Of a stretch of 54,183 nt of DNA, positions 8,448 to 17,216 are shown one piece after another. This DNA comes from an uncultured Clostridia bacterium. GTDB lineage: Bacteria > Bacillota > Clostridia > Christensenellales > CAG-138. Made by a program: the position numbers and the translations under genes. Under the pieces are notes generated by a model. It was not told the DNA's origin. It worked only from the letters and a program-made list of their open reading frames with translations, and did not search any database. How positions within the stretch are numbered: position 1 is the stretch's first letter; the number at the start of each line of letters is the position of its first letter. The stretch spans positions 1 to 54,183 of the forward strand of contig CAMVGD010000006.1 of assembly GCA_947166925.1 (NCBI GenBank), read 5' to 3'.

Positions 8448-11446
8448 CTGAAAAACGACCTCCTTTCCGGTTGTTCTTCCGTGTAGCACAATTTCTTCAC
8501 CACGCTCGGATATACCTCCAGAGCAAACCTGCGCTTGCCGAGCGCGATCGCCGCGGTTACCGCGTCCTCCGAAGAAACATTATCCGGCATTTCATCCCGT
8601 ATCTTTGAATAAATCACCCGCCGACAATTACGAAGAATCTGCTCCTGCGGCGTTTTCGAGTCCTTGCATCCGTACAGCATCCGCTTTTGCAGGTCGGAAT
8701 CGTTTTTGCGGATCAGATTGTCGCTTGCATCCTTGCTGCGGTGCAGCCGCACGAGATCGACAAGCAGATCCCCTAAGATACGGAAGCCGCCGTTGCGGAA
8801 ATCACAGAACAGCTCCGCGTATTGCTTTGCACCGTCGCCGAGCAGCGGGTAGAGCTGTTCAAGAAGATCGGGTCGATCTTCCTTTGCGGCAAACTGCCAA
8901 TGTCGGGACTGAACTGTTTCCAGCGCTATACGCAGATTCTCCCCGCTGAATGTATTGACCGCCTCGTATAGCCGGATCGGATCGTACAGGTTCTCCTGCC
9001 CGCGGGAAGTCAGGATTCGCTGGATATCGGTCAGGTGCGAATAGTCTTTTACTGCGTAGTGCCGAATGTGACAGCGCGCTTGCGCCGTTTCATATGCGGC
9101 AATCACTTCCTGCATACGGGCGATCACCCTCTGCGGGATTCGCTTTTCCCAATCGGGTGTACGCGCAAATGCATACAGCTCGGATTCGGCAGCGGGTTCG
9201 GGAAGATGCTGTGTCGTATGCTCTTTCAACATCCAAGCATAATACGGCAGCCGTTCAAGGTTCGAGGTTGTCATCTCCCACGCAGGCATGGAAAAGAACT
9301 CGGTCAACGCTGCCTGCGGCGTCGGATCGTACCAGTGTCGATTCTCAAGCCGTTCCATCTTGTCCTTGTATTGCAGGAATAGGCTTTTGACATGGCGCTG
9401 ATCGTTCAGATACACATCGAGATTCGGTTTGACGCCCGTTTTTGCAGAGTCGATCTCCAATCCCGTCAGAATCGCGAGGATTTCGGTTTCTTCGCGATTC
9501 TTTTGCTTTTCTCCGGAGGTCGTGTTTTCGTTGTACGCCGCAATCCCGCGCCGAAGCGCGGAATTGCTGATCTGCCCGATCCGCTGCGAGAAGGTACTTT
9601 TCACCGTTGCAAGCCGGGCACGCCAATCCGCTGCATCCGCATCCGTTCCCTTTTCGGCCGGGATGTGCAGCACGGGCAGATCGTTGCTGTCCGGAATATG
9701 CTTCAGGATCAACGGCTCTGCGATCGTTTTCACGAAATCGCCGTCATAGTCCGCGCCGCCTAACCGTTCGGGGATCAGCGAACGCGAATCGACCATGACC
9801 ACATCGCCGAGATGCGAGAGGTATTTCTTCCGGTACTTTCCGACCTTTTTCAGAGGGATCGCCGTAACCTCCTCGTTTCGCGCGATATGCGGACTGCGAA
9901 GCAGCAGAAGCTTCGGCTGCTCCGGATAGTGCGGAAGCGGCGCATACATGGCGTTTTCCGAAAGGAATTCCTTTGACAGAGCGGCATACGCCTTGCCTTC
10001 ACCGACGGATGCTTTCACGATCTCGCCGAGCAAGCGCAGAAGATCATCCGAAAGATAGCGGTTATCGCCTGTGACAAGCAGATGCCCCATAGCGTATTCC
10101 CGCCGTATCTGCTCGGCGCGTTCCAAGAGCGCCTTTGTAAAGATCGGTTCCCCCATAAACCCCGGGTTTGCGCGAACCACCGTTGCGCGCTGCCGCTGCG
10201 GAGAAAGCTCCGACAGATTCTCGTTGTCCGCATCCTCGGTCAGGTACGCACGCTGTCCGTTCGGATCGGCAATCAGATTGTAATAGGCAAGCTCGCTCTG
10301 CTTTGTCAGCCATGTGCGTGGATCTTCGGCAGGGGAATGATCCCAGCCGAGCGGAAGATCCCGCGGACGGAACTCCTCGGCGGTGAGAGAAAGCGTAATC
10401 AGGAATTGATAGTTCAGCGGCACCAACGGCGTCGGCTTCACCGTGTATTGCCCGGAGATATACAGCGCATGGCGATAGGTGCGGCAGCGGTCAAAGTATT
10501 CCTTCCAGGATACGCCCGCATCTTCCATCCAGCCGAGCCCCTTGCACATGCTTTCCGTCAGGATGATTTCCACTTCTTCCACCGGATGCCGTTCGCCCCA
10601 CAGATCGACGATCTCCCTCACATGCAGCTCGCGGAACAGCCGTTTGAAATCCACTTCATGCACAACGCCCTTGATATACGGCAGTCGAATCTGAAACGAG
10701 TGGTGCACCCGCTTGGGATCAAGCCACGCGGCGATCTCTTTGGAAAGCAGCCCTTCGCCGTCGTATTCCTTTACATCGATGTCCATGGTTTGCTCCACCC
10801 GCGCATAGGTGCGAACGGGAAGATCGGTTCCGTCGTCTCTGACGGTGATCGCCGACGCATTCCTTACCGTATAGGTCGGATTCGGAATGACAACGATATG
10901 CCGATCGGATAGCAGCGACGGATGCTCCCGGCGCTCTCCGCTTGTGAACATAAGGCCGTTATATGCGTACAGCTTGGCGAGCTTGCACATGCCGATGTGC
11001 ATACCGAGCTGGATGCGTTCCAAAAGCGGCTCATACAGATCGGCGCGGATGAAGGATAATACGCAGTCCTTGCTCATGCTCGACGAACGCTCAAACGCTC
11101 TGTAACGGTGCCAACCGTTTCCAAGATTGATCTTCAACCCTTCCGGACGGAACAGATCGCAGGCTTCGTCCTGCAATTCCGCTGTTTTATCCGTCCTTTT
11201 TTTATTGAAAACGCCATCGAAATCCATGAATACGATCGCGTCCGTAAGACACTCCTTCGAATATGAAACGGAGAGCAGAAACTCCAGTTGATCGAACAGC
11301 GCACATTCATCCTGCAGCGTCATTTCCATATAATACGCATCCTGCAAGCGGTTTCGATCGAACGACAATTCTTCTTCGCCTTGATTCAATTCGCTTGCCG
11401 CAATCACATGGCTTGCGGAGATTTTCGGAATCCAATACTGCTTCAT
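8444..11446 (-). CDS. Single-subunit double-psi beta-barrel RNA polymerase (YonO / eukaryotic RdRP-like), 1000 aa
   Basis: ATG 11446 after AAGGAGG. Colinear RdRP-family motifs: ERSSSMSK, KLYAYNGLMFT, DGEGLLS, SFQIRLPYIKG, LTESMCK, LNYQFL, LRSPHI, catalytic RLGGADYDGD (DYDGD at 9737-9751), IGQISN, IDSAKTG. Confidence 0.88.
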   Translation of the reverse strand: MKQYWIPKISASHVIAASELNQGEEELSFDRNRLQDAYYMEMTLQDECALFDQLEFLLSVSYSKECLTDAIVFMDFDGVFNKKRTDKTAELQDEACDLFRPEGLKINLGNGWHRYRAFERSSSMSKDCVLSFIRADLYEPLLERIQLGMHIGMCKLAKLYAYNGLMFTSGERREHPSLLSDRHIVVIPNPTYTVRNASAITVRDDGTDLPVRTYARVEQTMDIDVKEYDGEGLLSKEIAAWLDPKRVHHSFQIRLPYIKGVVHEVDFKRLFRELHVREIVDLWGERHPVEEVEIILTESMCKGLGWMEDAGVSWKEYFDRCRTYRHALYISGQYTVKPTPLVPLNYQFLITLSLTAEEFRPRDLPLGWDHSPAEDPRTWLTKQSELAYYNLIADPNGQRAYLTEDADNENLSELSPQRQRATVVRANPGFMGEPIFTKALLERAEQIRREYAMGHLLVTGDNRYLSDDLLRLLGEIVKASVGEGKAYAALSKEFLSENAMYAPLPHYPEQPKLLLLRSPHIARNEEVTAIPLKKVGKYRKKYLSHLGDVVMVDSRSLIPERLGGADYDGDFVKTIAEPLILKHIPDSNDLPVLHIPAEKGTDADAADWRARLATVKSTFSQRIGQISNSALRRGIAAYNENTTSGEKQKNREETEILAILTGLEIDSAKTGVKPNLDVYLNDQRHVKSLFLQYKDKMERLENRHWYDPTPQAALTEFFSMPAWEMTTSNLERLPYYAWMLKEHTTQHLPEPAAESELYAFARTPDWEKRIPQRVIARMQEVIAAYETAQARCHIRHYAVKDYSHLTDIQRILTSRGQENLYDPIRLYEAVNTFSGENLRIALETVQSRHWQFAAKEDRPDLLEQLYPLLGDGAKQYAELFCDFRNGGFRILGDLLVDLVRLHRSKDASDNLIRKNDSDLQKRMLYGCKDSKTPQEQILRNCRRVIYSKIRDEMPDNVSSEDAVTAAIALGKRRFALEVYPSVVKKLCYTEEQPERRSFFR

Positions 11447-11768
11447 TTCATTGCCTCCTTTCCAAAATCCGAACTTCACTTTGGCATTTAAACCCTTGAC
11501 TATCCTGATTCTACCAAAGTTGCTGTCCGTTAAAACGGACTTCTGAAAAAGCGATTGTAAAATCTTCTTTCCCCTATAAACACCGGAAAGCGTTGCCCGA
11601 TCCGATATTATATAAACTACTCCCACCATTTTGGCACCGCAGAGCAGTTTGCAGATCAAACGGAAAGGAGATGGTGCAATCAAACGCCACCGGTTCGCAC
11701 TGCATTGCAGGAAAGGGACACAATCGCTTCTGCCACAGGACGGCAAATATAAGAAGGAGGTATTCAAA

Positions 11769-12692
11769 ATGAGGCGAAGAAAAGACAACACGATTATTAT
11801 CGGGATCGACCACGGTTACGGGAATATGAAAACCGCCAACTGCTGCTTTCCCACCGGAATCATCGCATACGATTCCGAACCGCTGTTTACCGAGAAGCTC
11901 TTGGTATTTGAGAACAAGTATTATCTGATCGGGGAGGGACACAAGGAGTTCCTCGGCAACAAGGTGCTGGATCAGGATTATTACATTCTGACGCTTGCCG
12001 CGATCGCCGAGGAGCTGTCAACGGCGGAGATCACAAAGGCGGATGTATTCATCGCCGCGGGACTGCCGTTAACGTGGACCGCCGGGGGCAAAGGAGCATT
12101 TGTTGCGTACCTGACGAAGAATCCGGAAGTGGAGTTCCGCTATAAAGGGCAGCATTACCATATTCGGATCGTCGGCGCTTCGGTCTATCCGCAGGGCTTT
12201 GCCGCGGTTGCTCCCGCCATTTCCAAGATGAACGGGATCAACCTGATCTGCGACATCGGGAACGGAACGATGAATCTGCTGTATATCGTAAACGGGCAGC
12301 CGCAGGCGAACCGAATGTTCACCGAAAAGTATGGAACGTATCAATGCACGCTCATGGTGCGGGAGCAGTTTCTGCAAAAGACGCAGCGTGAGATTCCGGA
12401 TGCGATCATTGAACAGGTGATCCGAACCGGCGAGGCGGAGGTAGCACCGTCCGATCTGAAGCTGATCAAGTCGATCATCCGGTCATACACGGACGGAATC
12501 TTCCGGAGGCTTCGGGATCACGGGTACGATGAAAACACGATGCGCCTGATCGTCACCGGCGGCGGTGGCTGCCTGATCGATCATTTTGCACCCGCAACGA
12601 AGGCACTGCGAAAGGCGGGGCGAATTGTGCGGCAATCGGATATCTGCGCGGCGGCGAAAGGATATGAGCTCATGGCGGATTCGGTAAAGTGA
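11769..12692 (+). CDS. parM: Actin-like plasmid segregation ATPase ParM/StbA family
   Basis: AAGGAGG + ATG 11769; actin-fold motifs GIDHGYGNMKT, DIGNGT, VTGGGG. Confidence 0.85.
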   Translation: MRRRKDNTIIIGIDHGYGNMKTANCCFPTGIIAYDSEPLFTEKLLVFENKYYLIGEGHKEFLGNKVLDQDYYILTLAAIAEELSTAEITKADVFIAAGLPLTWTAGGKGAFVAYLTKNPEVEFRYKGQHYHIRIVGASVYPQGFAAVAPAISKMNGINLICDIGNGTMNLLYIVNGQPQANRMFTEKYGTYQCTLMVREQFLQKTQREIPDAIIEQVIRTGEAEVAPSDLKLIKSIIRSYTDGIFRRLRDHGYDENTMRLIVTGGGGCLIDHFAPATKALRKAGRIVRQSDICAAAKGYELMADSVK

Positions 12693-12693
12693 T

Positions 12694-13029
12694 ATGAAAG
12701 AGTATCGCATCAATGTCCGCTTCAATCTGGAGAATGAAACGGATCGCATGATCGTAGCGTATCTGGACGGGTTGCGCGGGACACAGAAGGTCTCGCGCAA
12801 TCAGTTTATTATCAATGCCATCTACGAGCAGATCGTCGAGGGAAAGCGCAACACCGCATTGATCGAACAGATCCGCGCCGTATTACGAGAAGAATTATCC
12901 TCGATCAGCGTCGCCGAGATATCCGAAGAACCGAGCGAACCGGAACCGGACTTTTCATTCGATGTGACGGATGCCGAGATGGAAAAAAACAAGGATTTGC
13001 TGCGCGCCGGATTGGAGATGTTCACCTGA
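12694..13029 (+). CDS. Probable ParR-like centromere-binding adaptor (RHH)
   Basis: Starts 1 nt after parM; N-terminal beta strand RINVRF plus SRNQFIINAI helix; acidic tail. Confidence 0.6.
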   Translation: MKEYRINVRFNLENETDRMIVAYLDGLRGTQKVSRNQFIINAIYEQIVEGKRNTALIEQIRAVLREELSSISVAEISEEPSEPEPDFSFDVTDAEMEKNKDLLRAGLEMFT

Positions 13030-13226
13030 TGCCAAATCTTGCACATTTCGGTGCCATTCCAAAATGCGCCGTCGAAACGCGTTGCCAAAGCGGTGCCATG
13101 CGAAAGAAACGGTCATGCACGGAAAAGGAAACCCCAAAGAAGGAACAATGGCAGGGAAAGACGGTCTGCGGCGAGGGGAAACGGAATCCCGTTGTCGCAG
13201 ATTCTTTTTCTGTCGCAGAGATTAGC

Positions 13227-13322
13227 AAGCAGGACATTTGCCCGGCAAATGTCGAAAGGCGGTTTGGAACGGGATTCCGTTTCAGCCGCCTTTCCTGCTT
13301 TAAGGGGACACCCCCTAACCCC
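13227..13322. other. Candidate oriT
   Basis: Nested inverted repeats GACATTTGCC/GGCAAATGTC and GAAAGGCGG/CCGCCTTTC, closed by AAGCAGG/CCTGCTT, just upstream of mobC-relaxase; TTCCTG|C resembles the MOBP nic consensus. Confidence 0.55.
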
Positions 13323-13364
13323 CGAAATGCGCGTACGCGCAAATAAACGAAAGGAGAATTACCT

Positions 13365-13646
13365 ATCGAAAACAAGAAACCGCGTATCCGAATGGAATTT
13401 CGGGTCAATGAAAAAGAAAAAGAAAAGATCGACCGCGCAATAAGCAAGAGCGGTCTAACGCAGAGCGAGTATCTGCGACAGAGAGCGTTGGGTTACGAGC
13501 CGAAAGCGGCGCTGCCCGACGATTTCTTTGTATGCTGTGAACAGCTGGATCGGCTTAGCCGCAAACCGTTTTCAAAGGACGTAAACGATGCGGCGCTCGC
13601 CGTGCTTCAGAAGATGAACAAGGTTTTGACGGAAGGAGGTGCGTAA
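13365..13646 (+). CDS. mobC: Mobilisation accessory protein MobC (RHH); start ATC 13365 or ATG 13392
   Basis: RIRMEFRVNEKE...SGLTQSEYLRQRALG motif; abuts the relaxase. Confidence 0.75.
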   Translation: MENKKPRIRMEFRVNEKEKEKIDRAISKSGLTQSEYLRQRALGYEPKAALPDDFFVCCEQLDRLSRKPFSKDVNDAALAVLQKMNKVLTEGGA

Positions 13647-15152
13647 ATGGCAACCACAGGATTCTGGCCGATTCATGGCAATCTCAAGAAGCTGCTGGAA
13701 TATGCCGACAACCCGGATAAGACGGTCGAGCGGAAGTATCTGGATGACGATCTGTATGACGCGATCCAATACGCAGAGCGCGACGACAAAACCGATGAGC
13801 AAAAGTATGTTTCCGGGATCAACTGCTCGGCGGTGAACGCTTACGACGAGATGATGTTTGTTAAGAAACAGTTTGGCGAGCGCGGCAAGGTGACGGCGTA
13901 CCACGGGTTCCAATCGTTCAAGACGGATGAGCTGACGCCGGAGCAGGCGCACGCGATCGGGATCGAAACCGTGCGGAGGATGTGGGGCAAGGACTATCAG
14001 GTCCTTGTCACCACACACCTCAATACGGACAATCTGCACAATCATTTTGTGGTCAACTCCGTATCCTTCCGGGATGGAAAGAAGTATCGTAACAGTATTG
14101 AGCAGCACCATGAGCTTCGGGAGATCTCGGACGCAATCTGCAAGGAGCGCGGTTTGTCCATCCTTGAAGATGCGCCGTTTTGCGGCGGGCAAAGTCGGAA
14201 GGACTACTGGAAGGGACAGCGGGACGGAAAGCCGACCCATCGGGAACAGCTCAAGAAGGACATCGAATACTGTCTCCATTATGCTTCCAAGTGGGAGCAA
14301 TTCATTCAGCAGCTAAACACCATGGGCTATTCCTTCGATCCGGTGCGGGAATCCGTGAGAGCGGACGGTTGGCAGCGATCGGTGCGTTTGGATCGGCTCG
14401 GGTATCCGAGCGAGTACATTGACGAACAGCTTGCAAAGAACGCCGCAGACCCGTATTTCAGCATCCGCTACCAATCCAACAAACCGCGTATCAGCACCAG
14501 CGCCGTTCTGATTCATGTGGTAAGGGAACAGGAAAACTACCGCACGACACAACTTTTGTTCTCTCGCCAGTCCGTGGAACAAAGCCATCCGCCCAACCCC
14601 GATCAATCCCCGATCGAGCAGATGATGGACAATCTTATCTTCGAGGCGAATCACACCCGTAATTCGTTTACCGTCCTTGCGTATGCCGTCATTGCGATCT
14701 TCCTTGCTTTGATCGAATTAGCAAAGCACTACAAGCGGGACGTGATCCTTTCGGCGGAGCTGCGCCATGAAATCAAGAACGCGCAGCAGTATGATTCCGA
14801 CCGGTCGTTTCTGAAAGAGAACCGCTTGCATTCGCTGGGCGACATTGACAAGGATATCACCGCCACGGAACAGCAGATCGCAACGCTCACCAATCAGCGC
14901 GAAAAGGTTCGCAACAAGATCCGTCACGAAACCGATCCAACGATACTTACCGAAAACAAGAAAGAGCGCGCGGCAATCACCGACCGAATCACGCCGCTAC
15001 GCCAGCGCGTCAAGCGCCTCAATCGCATCCGAAAGGATGTGCCGCGCCTGCTGAATCTGATGAAAACCGAATTGCAGCTTGAATATGCGGTCAAGCAGCA
15101 GTTGAAGGAACCGCAGCACAAGAAGTCCCGTTCCTATGGGATGGAACGATAA
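13647..15152 (+). CDS. Relaxase, MOBP / MobA-VirD2-like
   Basis: LEYADNPDKT (catalytic Tyr), AYHGFQSF, 3H motif THLNTDNLHNHFVVNS. Confidence 0.9.
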   Translation: MATTGFWPIHGNLKKLLEYADNPDKTVERKYLDDDLYDAIQYAERDDKTDEQKYVSGINCSAVNAYDEMMFVKKQFGERGKVTAYHGFQSFKTDELTPEQAHAIGIETVRRMWGKDYQVLVTTHLNTDNLHNHFVVNSVSFRDGKKYRNSIEQHHELREISDAICKERGLSILEDAPFCGGQSRKDYWKGQRDGKPTHREQLKKDIEYCLHYASKWEQFIQQLNTMGYSFDPVRESVRADGWQRSVRLDRLGYPSEYIDEQLAKNAADPYFSIRYQSNKPRISTSAVLIHVVREQENYRTTQLLFSRQSVEQSHPPNPDQSPIEQMMDNLIFEANHTRNSFTVLAYAVIAIFLALIELAKHYKRDVILSAELRHEIKNAQQYDSDRSFLKENRLHSLGDIDKDITATEQQIATLTNQREKVRNKIRHETDPTILTENKKERAAITDRITPLRQRVKRLNRIRKDVPRLLNLMKTELQLEYAVKQQLKEPQHKKSRSYGMER

Positions 15153-15239
15153 TCGCACCGGTTCCCGTTCCGCAGCGGCACGGGAACCGCATGCAGCTCG
15201 CCGCTGCAACAATTCATTTACACAGAAAGGAAAACAAAA

Positions 15240-15494
15240 ATGTACAAACAACACAACACACAAATAAACGATACAACCCAAACGACACCAGACAGCGCAG
15301 TCAACGATCCGATCTGCATTTACTTTACGGTCGAACCGTTTGTGGATGCAATCATTACGAGGGAAGAGCTGCAGGCGGCTCACAAAAGACAGTATGCGGA
15401 TCTATCTTTGATTTCACGGAAACGAAGCTCAAGAGGCGGATTTTATAAGGCGCGTGGGCGGGTTCCCTGCAACCCGAGCAAGGAGGTACAATGA
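15240..15494 (+). CDS. Small hypothetical protein
   Basis: AAAGGA RBS; homologous degenerate copy at 19779-20003. Confidence 0.4.
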   Translation: MYKQHNTQINDTTQTTPDSAVNDPICIYFTVEPFVDAIITREELQAAHKRQYADLSLISRKRSSRGGFYKARGRVPCNPSKEVQ

Positions 15495-15701
15495 GCAGAC
15501 AAAAGAAGCTGGTCAATGAAACGAACATTCCGCAGCATGCGATTGAACGGATTGCTCGCGTGTTACTGCCGGACATCCGTGCTTTTTATGAAAGCGAAGA
15601 AGGACAGCGGGAATTTGCAGAGTGGAAGGCAGCACAGCAGAAAAAGCGAGTAAAAGAGTTAGAGCGATAAGTCAAGCGGGAGCATCTTCAGCGATGCTCC
15701 C
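15303..15701 (+). repeat. Diverged direct repeat, copy 1 (copy 2 at ~19842-20229)
   Basis: Colinear blocks shared, e.g. GAAGCTCAAGA, CAAAAGAAGCTnGTCAATGAAACGAACA, GCATGCGATTGAACGGATTGC, AGAGCGATAAGTnAAGCGGG, GCATCTTCAGCGATGCTCCC. Confidence 0.85.
15491..15670 (+). CDS. Small conserved mobile-element protein (59 aa, MSRQKKLVNETNIPQHAIERIARVLLPDIRAFYESEEGQREFAEWK...)
   Basis: AAGGAGG + ATG 15491, TAA 15670; below the ORF-track size cutoff; followed by hairpin GGGAGCATC...GATGCTCCC. Confidence 0.7.
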   Translation: MSRQKKLVNETNIPQHAIERIARVLLPDIRAFYESEEGQREFAEWKAAQQKKRVKELER

Positions 15702-15770
15702 ACATTATCTGTACCAGTAGCAACTATGTTAGCCTTATAATGTTTTGCTTTGCTTGCTTCAATCTATGCA

Positions 15771-17216
15771 TTATGGGGATTTCTTTTGCAGTTCGGTCTG
15801 CGCCGGACCGGAAATCAACCGACCGAAACGATCGAAGCGCGAGCCGTGACAAGGACAATCCCAGCTTTTTTCATCCGGGTTCCATGCAAGTTGGCAGCCA
15901 AGATGCGGACAGACGACGTCAACCGGATACAGCGATCCGTCCGTATCCTTATATACGCCGAGCTTTTTCCCGTAAAGAGATACGATGCCGCCTTGTCCCG
16001 GCGAAAGCGCATTCACCGCCTCCGCGGGAATTTGGAAAAAGCGCCTCGTAAGTCCCTTGACCGACTGTCCGCCTTCCTTCAGCACGCCGGAGACCGTTTT
16101 CATGTTAAGCCTACCGGGAGAAAAGACATCCGCATAGGGATTTTTCTTGCCGTTGATGCTGTCTTTCAGGAACATGGCGGCGACCATGGAGGTCGTCATG
16201 CCCCATTTTTGAAAGCCCGTCGCCACATACCAATCCGGGCGGCTCGAAGCATATTGTCCGATATAGGGAACGCCGTCCCCTGTCATGCCGTCCTGCGCCG
16301 ACCAATGTGCTACCTCCCGGCTTTGGGGATACCACTCCATTGCCCTTTTGCGAAGCGCGTCGTATCGCCCGCCCGCACTGTTTTCGCCGCAGCGGTGTCC
16401 ACCCCCGCCCAACAGAAGAAGACCGTTCCATGTGCGGAAGGAATACCGGTTTTGTTCCCCATCCGCAAAGATCCACATCCCATCCATGGGCGGTGCGTTT
16501 TCCAGCGCAAGCACATAGGAGCGTTCCTGATGCATCCGGGCAAAAAACAGCCCGGGGAAGTTCACAAAGGGAGTATGACAGGCGAAAACGATCTTCTCCG
16601 CTGTAACCGTACAGCGCTCTGTAACCAGCCGATGTTCCGTTACGGTCTGCACCCTCGTGTGTTCATAGATCGTCAGGGGCTCCGAGACCGCTTTCAGAAA
16701 TTTCAGCGGATGAAACTGCGCCTGATGTGCAAAGCGTACCGCCCCGGCAGCGGGAAAAGGCAGATCCGTCTGTTCCGTAAACGACGCAGGCAGTCCGAGC
16801 GCCGCCGCACGTTCCGCCTCAGCTCTCAGTATCTTTGCATCGTTTCCGTATACATTGGCGCACTGCTCCTCAAAATCGCAGTCGATGCCGTTTTTCTCAA
16901 TCATGCGCCGGTATTCGGCAAGAGCAGCCTCGTTTGCCATAGCATACTGCTGCGCCTTGTCCTTGCCGAAGGTATCCGTCAGTTTACGGTAAATTGCCCC
17001 GTGCTGGGACGTGATCTTCGCCGTGGTGTTGCGGGTCTGTCCGCTCGCGATGCGATCCGCCTCCAGCACGACGACCCGGATTCCTGCCTCCGCAAGGGCT
17101 GCGGCGATCAGCACGCCCGCCATTCCTGCCCCGATGACCGCGACCTCCGTTTGGATATCGCCGGACAGGGTCGAGCGTTCCCGCATGGGACAGGTCTTTG
17201 ACCAAATGGATTTCAT
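15771..17216 (-). CDS. FAD-dependent oxidoreductase with C-terminal Rieske domain (YhfW-like)
   Basis: [20 protein letters not shown]; Rieske CPHLGC...[10 protein letters not shown]. Confidence 0.9.
   Translation of the reverse strand: MKSIWSKTCPMRERSTLSGDIQTEVAVIGAGMAGVLIAAALAEAGIRVVVLEADRIASGQTRNTTAKITSQHGAIYRKLTDTFGKDKAQQYAMANEAALAEYRRMIEKNGIDCDFEEQCANVYGNDAKILRAEAERAAALGLPASFTEQTDLPFPAAGAVRFAHQAQFHPLKFLKAVSEPLTIYEHTRVQTVTEHRLVTERCTVTAEKIVFACHTPFVNFPGLFFARMHQERSYVLALENAPPMDGMWIFADGEQNRYSFRTWNGLLLLGGGGHRCGENSAGGRYDALRKRAMEWYPQSREVAHWSAQDGMTGDGVPYIGQYASSRPDWYVATGFQKWGMTTSMVAAMFLKDSINGKKNPYADVFSPGRLNMKTVSGVLKEGGQSVKGLTRRFFQIPAEAVNALSPGQGGIVSLYGKKLGVYKDTDGSLYPVDVVCPHLGCQLAWNPDEKSWDCPCHGSRFDRFGRLISGPAQTELQKKSP

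Noticed and set aside
6866-11446. ECF sigma as the specificity factor for the YonO-like RNAP
   Set aside because: The sigma has its own SigA promoter and cognate anti-sigma, and single-subunit RdRP-like enzymes are not known to use sigma-70 factors; adjacency alone is insufficient.
11447-11791. 115-aa N-terminal extension of the RNAP ORF and the TTG 11631 start for parM
   Set aside because: Strong RBSs sit at ATG 11446 and ATG 11769; the extensions would overlap each other across the divergent promoter region.
7599-15670. Prophage call based on the YonO-like gene
   Set aside because: No structural, packaging or lysis genes in the window; neighbours are par/mob genes.
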